Numbered from the stretch's first letter, positions 12,516 to 25,295 are shown. The stretch is DNA of 64,000 nucleotides from Nemertoderma westbladi (GCA_032718475.1 JAUCBJ010004319.1:1-64000); one strand, 5' to 3'. Numbers and translations: made by a program. Notes: generated by a model from the letters alone, not told the origin.

Positions 12516-14594
12516 CGCACATGATCCAGAGATCCCAGACGACTCCACACAGTCCATTCCGATTGGTGGAAGAATATGTTGCATGATTGAATCCTCGGAT
12601 CGCATATCGTGTTACTACAATGTCTCTTTCGATTGACAATTAGATGTTCGGTGATAAAACTCCATGGAATTCTTAAACCATACAGTCTATTGGGAATTCA
12701 ATTGTCATCAAGCGTACAAAACACTCTTCTCCTCCTAGATGTTGGTATTTTTTTTGGTATTACATTATATCATTATGCCAAATTAATAAACATAAATAAA
12801 TAAAACAAACTAAAGTAAAATAACACGTTACGCTTACAGTTACATGTATGTTGCATTAACCAAAATAATAAGAAAATCACTACCAATTCGGACCAAATTG
12901 GTGCCACATCGGAGCCACATCGGTGCTGATTGCGACCAGTAGCTTTGGTCCGGGCTGGTACCTTTTGAGTCTGGCTTGGAACTTGGGGGGAACTGGACGC
13001 AATAAACATTCCTCCCTCTCCAGGGGAAATTCGACGCAAATAACAGATTATTAATATCAAAAATAATAATTGTGTTTAGTTTATTGTTTTGGTTAATATA
13101 ACGTGCCACTGCAACCTGCTCCTTTCCCTAAATTGAGAATATAACATTGAGGCGGGATATTAATTCGCCACATGGGATTTGCGTCCAGTCCCCCCCCCCC
13201 CCCCCCCCCCGTTTCAAATTATTTCAAACAATGCATTGATAACGTTTTCTCTTTCAAACTTCTTGCCTTCCCTTCCGCAGACTGGAGAACTGAAGATTGT
13301 CTCTAGTGCATGTGTTATATCAGTATATATCAGTCAGTCAGTATAGTATAGTATAGTATAGTATAGTATGAGTATAGTATAGTATAATTATACAAATACA
13401 ATAACTGCCAAGCTCATTGTGTATACCTGCAGACGGGTACAGTACTGTATAAATAGGGGCAATAGTCTCTGCATTAGATATTCTAGTATCTAGTACCTAC
13501 TGCAGTGCAGTACCGGTTACCAGCCTGACCTGTTGTCAGAAAGACTAACAATTACTGAATTACTGATACGAGTTTGGTCAGTTGGTGCTGGAACTTGTTA
13601 TTTACATCCTAAATTGCTATTTTGTGGCCGATGTGGCTCCGATGTGGCCCCGATGTGGTCCGATGTGGCCCCGATGTGGTCCGATGTGGTCCGATTTGGT
13701 CCGATGTGGTACCGATTGGGTCCGATGTGGCTTTTAGACGGACCCGTGTACACTGCTGTACTGTACTTAGAATATAATGGAATGGTACATTCTAGGTACT
13801 TTGTACTTTACTTTTAGCATATTGTTTAGTTTACAATTTACATTCATGTTATGTCTAACCTTACAGCCTTACTGCAGTACTGCCTTATGTACCCAGGAAC
13901 CTGTGTGCTGTGTGTGTACGTAGTGCTGTTGCTAGTGTACGTACTGACTGACGTACGTGCCTGTACGCGTACGTCAAATGTCAGTCAGTCAGTGCCGTCA
14001 ATACGTGCCATTGTATTTGTATTGTATGTAGGTAGCAAGGTAGGGTTTACAGGTTTAGCTGTTTAGGGCAGCAGGGCCTCCTACCGCTCAGCCGCTACCA
14101 CTTTGAAAGTACTGGTAGGCCTATACAGCTCTGCAGCTATATACACGGTATACTGTTGTACTAGTCGTCTGGTATATATTATGCTGTTATGTTCAACAGT
14201 TTTATTCACAGATTCATGTTGCCATCATCTTATCATACAGAATTACTACTACATGTATCCTTCGACCAGTCTACACCTTTCGCTTTATCATCGAATTCAA
14301 TACATTTGACAGACTGACAGATGTCGTCAGATGTGATTCTGCGAATTTTGATTTGAAATTTACCTTTTAATGATTTTCAATTGTCTATTAATTTGATATG
14401 ATATGATAGCAGGGTTTTGGTGCCAACAATGAATTGATAACTCCGCCTAAACTATCGTTGCTACTGGTAACAACATTTACATGGTCTCGTTTGGGTTATA
14501 TTACAACAACACCCAGTAACAAAAGCGTGACAGATCCCAATACCAACCAACCAGCATACACCGCCATAACCTTTATTTGTAAAAATTCTCAAAA

Positions 14595-14856
14595 ATGCCA
14601 TTTTTGTACAGAACTGTGGCGCCCAGTGAATTGAGTGATAAGAACCCTGGATTCACAGAGTTCAGTGACGTCACTAATGCATCGATTGTTGTGCTAATTC
14701 ACCAATTATCGTCTTTGGTTCAGCACGCCGATGATATTTTTGAAGGAATTCAAACAGAGGCGCGGGAGGTAGCGATTAAAACAAACCAGTTACAGAAAAA
14801 AATATTCAAACTCAAGTCTATAACTGACGCTCTCGACGCTAAATCTGTGAAAATAC
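14595..14856 (+). CDS. NHS: NHS/GUK-holder family actin regulator, coding exon 1 (WAVE homology domain)
   Basis: MPFLYRTVAP...VTNASIVVLIHQLSSLVQHADDIFEGI...LDAKSVKI matches the WAVE/SCAR homology domain with the MPF start typical of NHS/Gukh. Donor C|GTGAGT, phase 1. The symbol denotes the family, not a specific vertebrate paralogue. Confidence 0.9.
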
Positions 14857-15748
14857 GTGAGTTTCTTACCATATTCTATTATTTCTATATTGAGCTCTTA
14901 TCCTGTTTCTGGCTGTCTGGGGCGCTAAAATGTTAGCTTAAACTAATACAATTATTTATGAGTAATTTATTTATGAGATCTTTGTCTGGGCGTGGCAGTG
15001 GGCATAGAGAACTATTACTACCTTGAGACTGTGTGTAATGTGGTACCGGTATTTTAGTTGTTTATATCTAACTAAACCATATCAGTTTCCGAGAATATTC
15101 GAATCTTCGTATTATTTTATTTTCGAATATATGTAATAATCATAATCATTTTTAAAAAGGGTTACATTATATGTACTGTTTATGGTAAATGTCATGTATA
15201 TACTATATGCGTAATGTTTAAACAATATAAACTCAAACCTTTTTTAATTAAGCAGGTTCCTTTGTTGTAACATCACTTGTCTCTTGGCTTATGCCATGTC
15301 CTAGAATATAGTGCCTTAATTCAGGTATATATCAATACAGCCCCCCCCCCCCCCCCCCCCCTAAAAAAAATATTTTTGAAATAAAATCTCAATGAGATTG
15401 CATGAAATTCGAAACAGGGATACCCCCTTAATTACATAATTGTCATTCTCCAGAGGGAATGTTTTAATGATTGATTACATACGGTATCTGTAATTGGGCG
15501 CTCGATATGTGTATGTTCCGCGCGATCTGGAAGATGATATTTGTCTCATATGTCGCTGGGCTACAATTCAATACTTTTAATAATACGAACACGTAGCTAT
15601 TCATACATTAACTCAATATTCTAGAATATGGTATATTTATTAAATATAATAAAGTGGCCGGGCCCAGACGCTAAATCATGCGATTTGGCAATTAAGTCTA
15701 CGTTTATTTTTATTCTTCATTAATTAGTTAATGTTTGTTTGCTCGCAG

Positions 15749-15897
15749 CCGAGACCACATTAATGACCTTCGCTAGACGCACAAAGACCTGGCAAGGGAT
15801 TTGGTTGGACGAATCCAGTGAACAGCTGTTCCTTAAATCATCGAGGAATTATGGCGTTCATAGAATGCATAAACTCGCGTGCAGTGATACATCCCAG
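15749..15897 (+). CDS. NHS: NHS/Gukh-like exon 2 (C-terminal half of WHD)
   Basis: Acceptor cgcag is phase-1 compatible. PETTLMTFARRTKTW...QLFLKSSRNYGVHRMHKLA resembles the LF..xxRP.xV..L WHD motif. Donor CAG|GTTAGA. Confidence 0.85.
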
Positions 15898-16219
15898 GTT
15901 AGATTATCTATATTACTATGTATATTCATTCATTTATTGTTATTCATTTATTTTCTGATTATAACAGAACTATACCCTTTCACTCCACTTCATACTGGAT
16001 TATATACATACAGCATGTGGGGGTGGGGCCTTCGCGTATCACGTGAGATAAATTTACGCAGGTCCAAAGGTTTATAAACAATACGGATTGGAAGACGGAT
16101 TTTCACTTTCAGACAATTCATCCTCTAGCGGCTGGCTTGAGAACTGCAGACTGATCAGCTGCTATACAAAGATACATCGAATGGTCTACTGTAGAACACA
16201 TCTGCAGGATATGTCAGAT

Positions 16220-16480
16220 CCTTGGCGTAGTGATTAAATCCAGTGCCTTGAATTTATATCTCTCAAGAGGTCGTGGGTTCGATCCCTACGTTGGGGCTAA
16301 GACAGTTTTCGTTTCGGCACAAATGCTTTAAAAGGACTATCCAGGTTTCTGCCTTGCGTCATTAAATGGTAGCTAAATGAGTACTGGAGTTTCCTCTGGG
16401 GAGTAAAGTTCTGGTGGGCTCGCACTGGAAATAAGTCGGAAGACATTGTGCGTAATCCCTGGCTTATCGGCTTACTTTTT
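16220..16480 (+). mobile_element. tRNA-derived SINE (related partial copy ~35555-35705)
   Basis: A box TGGCGTAGTGA and B box GGTTCGATCCC. Body is colinear with 35555-35705. No tRNA cloverleaf end. Confidence 0.6.
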
Positions 16481-18527
16481 CTATAGCGTGAACTGAATGG
16501 TGTCTCTGAAAGTGAAAAATAAAATCACAACTTTTGCTCTAATTGGTGGTTGGTTGTCTCTGATTTTATAATCTAACACAACGACAATCCCCTAACTGTG
16601 TCAGTTTGTTGCTAAAGCTCCGCCTACTACGTGGCTCGCCCCACCTATATTATAAGCGTTACCGTACATTACTTTATATTGTGTAAGTTGATATAAAATA
16701 ATTCATTCTTGGCATCTATATACTTATCTCTGAGGGAAACAAGTCTATATCCGTTAGTTACAAGTTTTCTAGACCGCGACTAATAGCTGTCTAGCCGATA
16801 CAAAACACCGACCTACCAGCCTACCACCATGAAAGCCGCCGCAAATACAATGTCTAAACGAATCTTCGTTAAATGTTACACAAAAGTCACTTCACAGAAA
16901 TCAGGAACCACCCCCCCCCCCCACACACGCACACAAAAAAAGGCGACTCAAGTTCGAACACTCACCGCAACTCGCGCCATAAACGCTCGCTCCTTGGGCT
17001 TTCTATGATCTCTGTTAACCATTCATGTATTCAATTCTAATTTCCCATTAAAATAATTATATATTTATGAGTATATTTTACTATATTATATATCTATAAC
17101 TTCTGTTTTATCTCCGTATCTTTAGTTTAGTGGCTTTTCACTTTCGGTATTTTTTGAAGGGAATTGATTTATAAAACAATAAATATATGATTTTAAAAAT
17201 GTTCTGGTTCCCTTATTTTCGTTAATATTTGGGTACCTTGTGGCTTGTATTTAATTATTTAGGAGCGAAATTATTAGACTTTTTGATTTTATTTAATTCG
17301 CACTAAATGAAAGTTGTATTTGATAGTTATACCGCGCACTCAGCAGTGTCGCTATCGTAATACGCATTGCTTTATAAATATTGTATCTAATTGACTTGTT
17401 GCTTCATAAAATTGTTGCCGTTGGGTAATCCCTCCAACCTTAACTACGATTTGTTATAATAATAGTATTGGTTGGTGTATCTTGATTACTCATGCGTGAA
17501 ACTCTGTGACGCCGAAAGTCCAGCTAATCAATGAAACATGGGGCCCCCGAGTGGCCCCAGTTGCCTCCAGCCACTTGGGCGCCTAGTTACGCTTCTATTA
17601 GCGGCCCTGTTTACGATTTACGCCACTGTAAGTTTGGGCCGCCTTTTCTTTCCAGTTCCCTTTGTTGTGTTTGTTGAAGAGGGCCGTCGGCACACTTTGC
17701 CTGGCTGCGTATCTGGGGACATCCCCCCGCCTATTGGCTATCTCGTGTTAGATTGGACTCCCTGGCGTCCTATTGGTTGCCCAGTATATGTATTATAATA
17801 AATGGGCCCCATATAGCGCTACCCTTTGTATACGGGGGGTTATTGAACTCGCTCGGGCTCTGGTTCCCCAATCTGTCGGGAAGTATGTCCAATCTTCCTG
17901 AGTACCTCTCATGCGGTGGGCTCCATCGATTACGTTACTCGCGGACAACCGCTCCGGCTTACCGCGATCAGGTGCCGCTGATATGGAACCGCAATGCTTA
18001 TCACCGATTCTACAATAATTAATTATTATCGCTTATATTTACATAGAGTATTGCATGTGTGTTCCACGTGTAAGGTATACTATATAATGTGTCACTGTGT
18101 GACATAGAGCTATAAGTTGGAGAGGTTCACCGAGCTTTCGCATGACGTTGTGACAAGGGTGTGTGGGTTCCGATTGTTATCATTCCCACACTGGTTGTTG
18201 TCATCCCAATTATCTCAAATAATGAGTTTACTTTCATTTTGAATCTACGAGTATAGACCAACCCAGGCTATATTAACTTCAGTGTAATTTGTTTAGTACC
18301 GGTAACACTTAAAATATTAATGTTCAAAAACAGCCTGGGTGTTGAACTGATGGGGGTGTGGGGGGGGGGGGGGGGGGGGATATTAATAGGACGCTACATT
18401 TTGTGAGACAAATATACCAAGTCAAATTATCTTGAAAGTCACAACTATTTTTCGGGATGTTGTATGTACTGCCTGCTAATGTCTAATGGCCTATCTTTTT
18501 AGAATAGTATATGACTTACCAACGCGT

Positions 18528-18759
18528 ATTATTAGGTCCGCGTATCGAGACCTAAAAAATTCACTCCGTTGCTGTTGTTGGTGTTGTTGTGGTTGTGGGT
18601 GAGTTTGAGTTCAATCCCACTTTGCCGTGAATTTTTTGGTACAGATGTAAGATTGGTAGTAAGCCATTCAAGGAGGAGGAGGAGCAGGAGGCAGTTTATG
18701 AGTTAGTAGACGCGGACCTTTACGCGATTTCGCGCTTAATATTTATTTATTATACTAAC
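18528..18759 (+). mobile_element. Short HINE/DINE-1-like insertion
   Basis: Subterminal inverted repeat AGGTCCGCGT/ACGCGGACCT, GTT-rich microsatellite and 3' hairpin CGCGATTTCGCG. Flanked by a 9-bp direct repeat CCAACGCGT. Confidence 0.55.
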
Positions 18760-18782
18760 CCAACGCGTTTTCCAACGTTTAG

Positions 18783-18968
18783 ATTTTGGACACGTACGAC
18801 ACCTACCGTCGGGCTCTGCCGTCTCGGCGCTCCGGTATAAAGGATTCCGAATCGAACCAACGCTGGTTCAGTTCATCACGCAGCACCTCCCGACTCCCGA
18901 TACACGACGAATTGTTCGCAGCCGGAGATGAGATGCGACAGGAGCGGGGAGGGGGGTTGTTGCGACGG
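18783..18968 (+). CDS. NHS: NHS/Gukh-like exon 3
   Basis: TACTAAC branch site at 18753 and acceptor tttag. Open GC-rich frame ILDTYDTYRR...GLLRR. Donor CGG|GTTAGT. Phases 0/0 fit the neighbours. Confidence 0.75.
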
Positions 18969-21195
18969 GTTAGTTGAGAGTGTATGAGCTGCTGGGTACC
19001 CGCTGTGTACCACTGAATACCACATTATTGATATTAATAATATCTTTGTTGTTATATTTTTTCTTCTAGTTGGTATTTCGTAGGTTTTTTTTTACTCTCC
19101 TTTGTAAATTGATGTTTGATTTGGCTTACAAATCATGTCAATGAGTCAATGTTTGTTATTATAATTATTGGAATTTTAAAGGAACTGGCGAATTCAAGGG
19201 AAACGATTAATGATAGTCTGACTTTAATTGATGATAAATAATATTACATCTCTCCTGTCCTGTCTAGTGATAGGAAATATAAAGGTCGTGTAGTTTTGGG
19301 TTTCTCACATAGTAACACTTTATTGATAATTAATAATTGATTGCGGTTGAGATTAACGTGTCAGATTCCTTTTATATTCGGTATTTTCCTTTCCTTACCG
19401 AAATATAACATATTTACTTTTTTCTATTTTTTTCTCAATAAAGCTTTCTGTGTGTTGCAAGGTAACGTATAAACAATATTCTTCAACATATTAACTCAAT
19501 TTAAGTATTCGAGCTCCGACATATTTACTGACAAGAATGTTTTGAATTAATATCTGAGAATGATTAAACGATGAATGCTATGTTATGTACTGCACTATAT
19601 GCATGGTGGCATTAGGTCCTGTGATGTCCCAGTTGTTGTTAAGATATTATCTTAATATCTTTTCTAGTTTCAGTTTTATGTGTTTGAGTGTTTGTTAGGT
19701 TAGATGGACCTTTAATGTTTGCTAGTTGAACACCGGGACAATAGTAGGGACGGGGAGCATACTTAGGTGAAGCATACTGGCAGTATTTTGCAGTTATATT
19801 TCACATTGCAGTTTACCCAATGGGAGTTTTCTGGTTTTCACTTTGATCGAATTTGTCCGAGCGGCTAAATATAATTAAAACAGTAAACTAATTAAATTAG
19901 TAACTGTGTTGTTACGAAGAAGTAGGAACGACCTGGGGCTATGAAACATTAAATTAGAAATAAATGAAATTTACAATGGAATTTGAAGATCTGATACATA
20001 GATACATACACTGAAAAAAGTAAGTGGTGGTATTTTGTTAAAAAACTGCCGGTTTGCAAGAACTACCTGGGGTTGTTTTGCAACGAAAACCACCGCAGGT
20101 TGTTTTTACAAATCGGCGGTAAATAAACATTGCCAAGAACTGGCAGTTGTGCAAACCGGGGGTTGATTATCTCTCGTAAAACCGGCGGTTCCATAACCCC
20201 CAGTTGTTTAGAACCTAAAAATGCGTTGTAAAACCTCGGGTATTTTTTATCGCAAGAAACTGCCGGTTTCTGTAACCTCAGGTTCTGGTTTAATGCAAAT
20301 TCCCGGTCAAATACTTAATCGGCATTTATTAACCTATGGTTTACTGCTGGTAACTGGCGTTTCAACTATTTAAAACTGCCGGTTTTCTCAAAAAACCACA
20401 GGTAAAACGGCAACCAAATAAACCAGTTTTTACGAAACCGCCGTTTAATTAACAGTCAACTGGCGGTTTTATTTGAGAAAACTGGCGGTAATTGTAATAA
20501 ACTGAGGCTTTAATTTATTTATAACCTATGGTTATAAAAGAAAAACCCACGGTTAAAACGTACTAACCTGTGGTTATAAAGAGCAAAAAAACTTATAAAC
20601 CTGTGGTTATAATGTTTGGTTAGGAGCACAGGACATTCAGGGCACACACGAAGCTAAATGTTACAACATGGAGATATGGGGGGAGGGGGGTGAAAGCCTA
20701 CCTTATCTAATCCCTACATCCTACCCTACGCTTACGGCCTATGGCCAATGCATACAATACTCTACATTAGGGTGGAGTGAAAAAGTGCATTTTTGAAATT
20801 TTGGGTTACAACATTGCCAAAACTGTACACTGGGTACTAAATGAAAAATTCCAAAATATAAAGTCATTTGGTTCATTGCTACCCGTTCCTCCAAGCTTGA
20901 AAATTTTAGAATAGTAGCACTTTTTTTTAAGTTTTTCGAAAAATCGAGAAATGTTTTCCAATGGAGAAAATCCAAAGCAACATTGGGTAGAGACACATAT
21001 GGGGGCATAAATGAGCCCATCAAAGTGTTAGTGAAATCGGAGCAGAGGAACCTGTTCCTCCATTGATAAATATTTCTGCATCCATGAGCTGAAATTACAT
21101 GATACTGGTACCAAAATTTTACAATTAGAGTTCTATTTTGAGACATTAAAACAATTAGTTCATATATTACATTCAGTTATAGAATTATGTTCAGT

Positions 21196-23415
21196 TCATA
21201 ACTGGAAGTCTTTCTTAGTATTAAAGTGTGGGCGTTGTCTCCGTGCCATGAGTCGGGAATGGATAATGGCATCTCTGTTGTCTCGTCCAAGAACATCTTG
21301 TGACACTTCACTAACGATACGTACCATTCGCTCCACACCTTGTGAGTGTCCTGGAAACTTAAACCCATCAAAGTTGTCTAGATCCATCGATTGGTCAACA
21401 AACCCACTTAGTTGGTCGGTTGCTATCTTATGGGTTATTGGAGGCTCAGCACGTGGAACTGTTTCTTCAGCCCAGTTAATCAGGTCAACATAATCAGCAG
21501 CTTCGAAGTTGACACATGGTACTCTAAACTGACGCACTGTAAGTCCAGAATCAATACTTAGAGCTCGTATTTTAATTATCCTGCGGACAGCCAACTCTCG
21601 AATCACCTTTCTCTCATCACCTAGCATTCCAAGCAGGATATTCTCGGAGTGTGCCGCATATGCATTTCTTTGAATCACTGGGTCAATAATTGACTTGATG
21701 TTGTCAGAGAGAGAACGGGTCCAGTGCACCAATGAGAACAGATTGTAGGGTGCTTGGTATAGATAAGGCATCTTCTTAATCTTGAACCACAAGGCAGAGT
21801 ATATTGTAACTATGAAATGGACAATTGCTTTGAAGTCAGGTGTTGGGTCCAATGTGCTGACATACAATCGGCAAACTCTATTTGCCAGCGTAACCCACCT
21901 TGAATGCGCCAACTTGCCAGGATCTTGCTTGGCAAGATTTTCAGGACAATGGCCCTGGATTATTGCAAGTGTTATTTTATAGAGGTACTTCTGATCAGTG
22001 CTCAAATCGGCTATGATGTTATCTTCCAAGTTAACGAAGTTAGGTGAACTAATCTGGGCATATTTAACCACATCCAAAGTCTGGAGCTTTGGGATAACCT
22101 TATTATTTATCTGTTTCCCTATTTGTCCCTTAAAGCCATCTGGCCCAGACGTATCACCATCAATGCCCTTGAACATATGGCGGAGCGGTAGTTCATTGAT
22201 ATGAAGCAGACATACAGCCCAATGCACTGGACTCTGGATGTGTTTCTCTAGAAGACAAATAACACCAGCTTTCTGTCCAGTATTTGTGTTAGTGCCATCG
22301 CAACCCACAACACAGAGATCACCATAAGACAGACCATTATCTTCCAAAAAATTGACTATATTATCAACAATTGTAGGCGCCGTACCATTCATTGGAGATA
22401 TGTGACCAACATACACATTACCTGGTTCCTTAACTAAGACATAGTGGCTCTCATCTACCTTTTGTATATTGTTTGTTGTGGTATCTCGTTTTAGGGTGGT
22501 GTCTATCCTTCCATCAAAATAAAGCCCAGTAATGGCATCAGTATCACTTATAGCTTGACACTCTAAGCGTCGCTTTGCACGACATCTTCGTATTTTTGAT
22601 CGGTCTGTTACCAAATTAGGAGTAAATTCCATCTCCTCCATTCCACAAATATCCTGAATCGCTGCAGTTGTTATTGCAGCAGCAGCACGGTCTGAAATAC
22701 GAAATCTGTCTGCTTCACGGGATACATTGTCAAATTGGATGCGATTTTGTGAGCTTGATTGTTCAGGACAATCATTGTTTGAAGGTTGAACATTGTCAGC
22801 ACCCTCATCACCGACAATGCTACTGCAATCATCCTGGTCAATAGATTGAGACCCATCAGTTTGGTGTTCCAGTTGTCGCAAATTGCTGTGATATTCACTA
22901 TGTTCTAAACTCATCCTATATTCCTCCCGTTTCTGTTTCGCTTGAAACTTTTGATCAACCCCACCTATATGTAACGTGCGAGGTTCACGCTGGTCACCAA
23001 CAAACTGAAGTTCAATGGGACTGATGTCACCATCTGAAACAACATCAAACAGCGAATCGAATTTCTTATTAAATTCATCAAGTCTATCTACAAAAAATGG
23101 CTGTATACGTCTACTCTTGTTGACCCCTTCAAGCTTAGACTGAACTAGTTCCCATTCACGCAGTATCTTCTGGATAATACCATCTAGAGTATAAGCAGGA
23201 ACACTGGCTTTATCGTATATATCCAATACAGATTTTGCTACAGTTTCTGCCATTGGTCTCAATTTAAGTTCCTGTTTATCCCAATCTACAGTTTCACGGT
23301 GTTTCTGTTTAACTAGTCGACAGTACCGAAGCACATCTCCCGTTGTTGGAAGTTGGGATCCTGGTAGCTCTGCTGGATAGCCATAGAACCGTTTCACAGT
23401 CTGCCTTGTATCCAT
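21196..23415 (-). CDS. hATm-type DDE transposase (~739 aa from ATG at 23415)
   Basis: Uninterrupted ORF with motifs YFDGR, GCDGTNTNTG, CLLHINEL (CxxH), HSRW and HSQGVER, characteristic of hATm transposases. Confidence 0.92.
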   Translation of the reverse strand: MDTRQTVKRFYGYPAELPGSQLPTTGDVLRYCRLVKQKHRETVDWDKQELKLRPMAETVAKSVLDIYDKASVPAYTLDGIIQKILREWELVQSKLEGVNKSRRIQPFFVDRLDEFNKKFDSLFDVVSDGDISPIELQFVGDQREPRTLHIGGVDQKFQAKQKREEYRMSLEHSEYHSNLRQLEHQTDGSQSIDQDDCSSIVGDEGADNVQPSNNDCPEQSSSQNRIQFDNVSREADRFRISDRAAAAITTAAIQDICGMEEMEFTPNLVTDRSKIRRCRAKRRLECQAISDTDAITGLYFDGRIDTTLKRDTTTNNIQKVDESHYVLVKEPGNVYVGHISPMNGTAPTIVDNIVNFLEDNGLSYGDLCVVGCDGTNTNTGQKAGVICLLEKHIQSPVHWAVCLLHINELPLRHMFKGIDGDTSGPDGFKGQIGKQINNKVIPKLQTLDVVKYAQISSPNFVNLEDNIIADLSTDQKYLYKITLAIIQGHCPENLAKQDPGKLAHSRWVTLANRVCRLYVSTLDPTPDFKAIVHFIVTIYSALWFKIKKMPYLYQAPYNLFSLVHWTRSLSDNIKSIIDPVIQRNAYAAHSENILLGMLGDERKVIRELAVRRIIKIRALSIDSGLTVRQFRVPCVNFEAADYVDLINWAEETVPRAEPPITHKIATDQLSGFVDQSMDLDNFDGFKFPGHSQGVERMVRIVSEVSQDVLGRDNRDAIIHSRLMARRQRPHFNTKKDFQL

Positions 23416-23724
23416 AGTAGGCCTACTACACAGCAATAAAACACAACATATATTCAATAATTATGCCACTAATATAGCAGATAAACCTTCAAATCACACT
23501 AACAGTAACACTAACAGATACAGCTGAGTTAAAAAGCTGGGTAAAAATACAACGGTATTGTGTCAGTCATCAAATTGGATTGAGCTTAGGCCAATGTCAG
23601 TAGGCCTACCATACTGGCATCAGAATACCTACTCCAGTAGTGCAGTAGTCCTACTAGTTTTACGAACTTAAAAGATCAATTTCTCCTAAACTAGTTTGAA
23701 TTTCCCTCCATTTTTATATCCTTG

Positions 23725-25295
23725 GTACTTGTGGGGCGAGCCACGAAGTTGGCGGAGCCTTAGCGAATTGACACTGTTAGGGGGTGGGTCAATTTATGCA
23801 AATAGTTGTCGTCGTCGTCGTCGTCGTCGTTGTCGTCGTCGTCGTTGTCGTCGTCGTCGTTGTCGTCGTCGTTACGATTTTGACATGCTAATAACTTTGT
23901 CGGATTTAAAGCTGCCAAGTTGAAAATTTGTAGGTATCAATATGAGCAAAAGTTGAGATTTTTGAGAGACTTTCAGACACCATCAGTGCAATGGTCTCCC
24001 GCTAGAGGGCCACATGTCTAAACATTAAATGGCCACCCATTTCTTTGCTTTTAATCCGTTTAAGCTGAAACTTGGGAAGTATGTACTAGACCATTAGCTG
24101 TAAATTTCAAAGGAGGCTAATCTGTCTGCAGTTCTCCAGTCTGCCGCTAGAGGGCGAAATGTCCCGAATGTGAAATTATTCTTCCATTTAGTTGTTTATG
24201 ATCTGATTACGCTGAAACTTGTCATATATGTACTAGATGACATCCTGAGTCTTTGTGTGGATTGTAATCGGTCCGAAGTTTTCCAGTCTCACGCTAGAGG
24301 GCCACATGTCTAAACATTAAATGGCCACCCATTTCTTTGCTTTTAATCCGTTTAAGCTGAAACTTGGGAAGTATGTACTAGACCATTAGCTGTAAATTAC
24401 AAAGGAGGCTAATCTGTCTGCAGTTCTCCAGTCTGCCGCTAGAGGGCGAAATGTCCCGAATGTGAAATTATTCTTCCATTTAGTTGTTTATGATCTGATT
24501 ACGCTGAAACTTGTCATATATGTACTAGAAGACATCCTGAGTCTTTGTGTGGATTGTAATCGGTCCGAAGTTTTCCAGTCTCCCGCTAGAGGGCCACATG
24601 TCTAAACATTAAATGGCCACCCATTTCTTTGCTTTTAATCCGTTTAAGCTGAAACTTGGGAAGTATGTACTAGACCATTAGCTGTAAATTTCAAAGGAGG
24701 CTAATCTGTCTGCAGTTCTCCAGTCTGCCGCTAGAGGGCGAAATGTCCCGAATGTGAAATTATTCTTCCATTTAGTTGTTTATGATCTGATTACGCTGAA
24801 ACTTGTCATATATGTACTAGAAGACATCCTAAGTCTTTGTGTGGACAGTAATCGGTCCGGAGTTTTCGAGTCTGCCGCTAGAGGGCGAAATGTAGGAAAG
24901 TGTTAACCTTTGCGAATTCCTTGATCTTAATCTATTTAAGCTGAATTTTGGAATATACAGTACCGGTATGTACTAGACCACATGCCTCGTCTTTGTGAGG
25001 AAGGTGATCGATCCGTAGTTCTTTAATATGCCGCTAGAGGGCTAAATGTATGAAAGTGAAAACCTTCCAACATTTCGTTATTTATGATCCGTCAATCGGA
25101 AACTTGGTAGATATGTAATAGACCATAGGATGTGGCTTTGTAGGGAAACTAATCCTTCCTTCTTCAGTTACCCAGTCTCCCGCTAGAGGGTTAACGTTTT
25201 CCGGGAAAATCTTCTCCTATGTTTTTATAATCCTTTCGAGTTGATACTTAGCATTAACTCATTTCACGTGCTGCGCGAAGGCCCCACTTCGTGTA
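23725..25295 (+). mobile_element. HINE/DINE-1-like non-autonomous Helentron-type element nested in the hATm
   Basis: GTGGGGC...GCCCCAC subterminal inverted repeat, (GTC)n at 23807-23872 and central 292-bp repeats made of ~146-bp subunits. The same ends recur at ~51040-51310, inverted at ~16023-16645, and degenerate at ~47590-48100. Confidence 0.7.

Larger units (their letters stand above)
5685..13748. mobile_element. Foldback-like composite of a non-autonomous TIR DNA transposon (long inverted duplication)
   Basis: Ends TA|CACGGGTCCGTCTAAAAGCCACATCGG...CCGATGTGGCTTTTAGACGGACCCGTG|TA. The left arm 5685-8360 (minus the MITE) is nearly identical to the reverse complement of ~12170-13748. An alternative boundary is 5678-13755 flanked by CTGT. 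No transposase; superfamily uncertain (CMC-like CAC ends). Confidence 0.8.

Noticed and set aside
14595-15897. WAVE/SCAR orthologue
   Set aside because: The MPF start and downstream LPTPEE and IDISG..F.R...RRSL motifs indicate the NHS/Gukh family.
20739-21146. 135-aa ORF and its mirror at 25452-25745
   Set aside because: These are the long TIRs of the hATm element, with no coding signature.
23696-23923. Protamine-like Arg-rich ORF
   Set aside because: Translation of the (GTC)n microsatellite in the HINE-like element.
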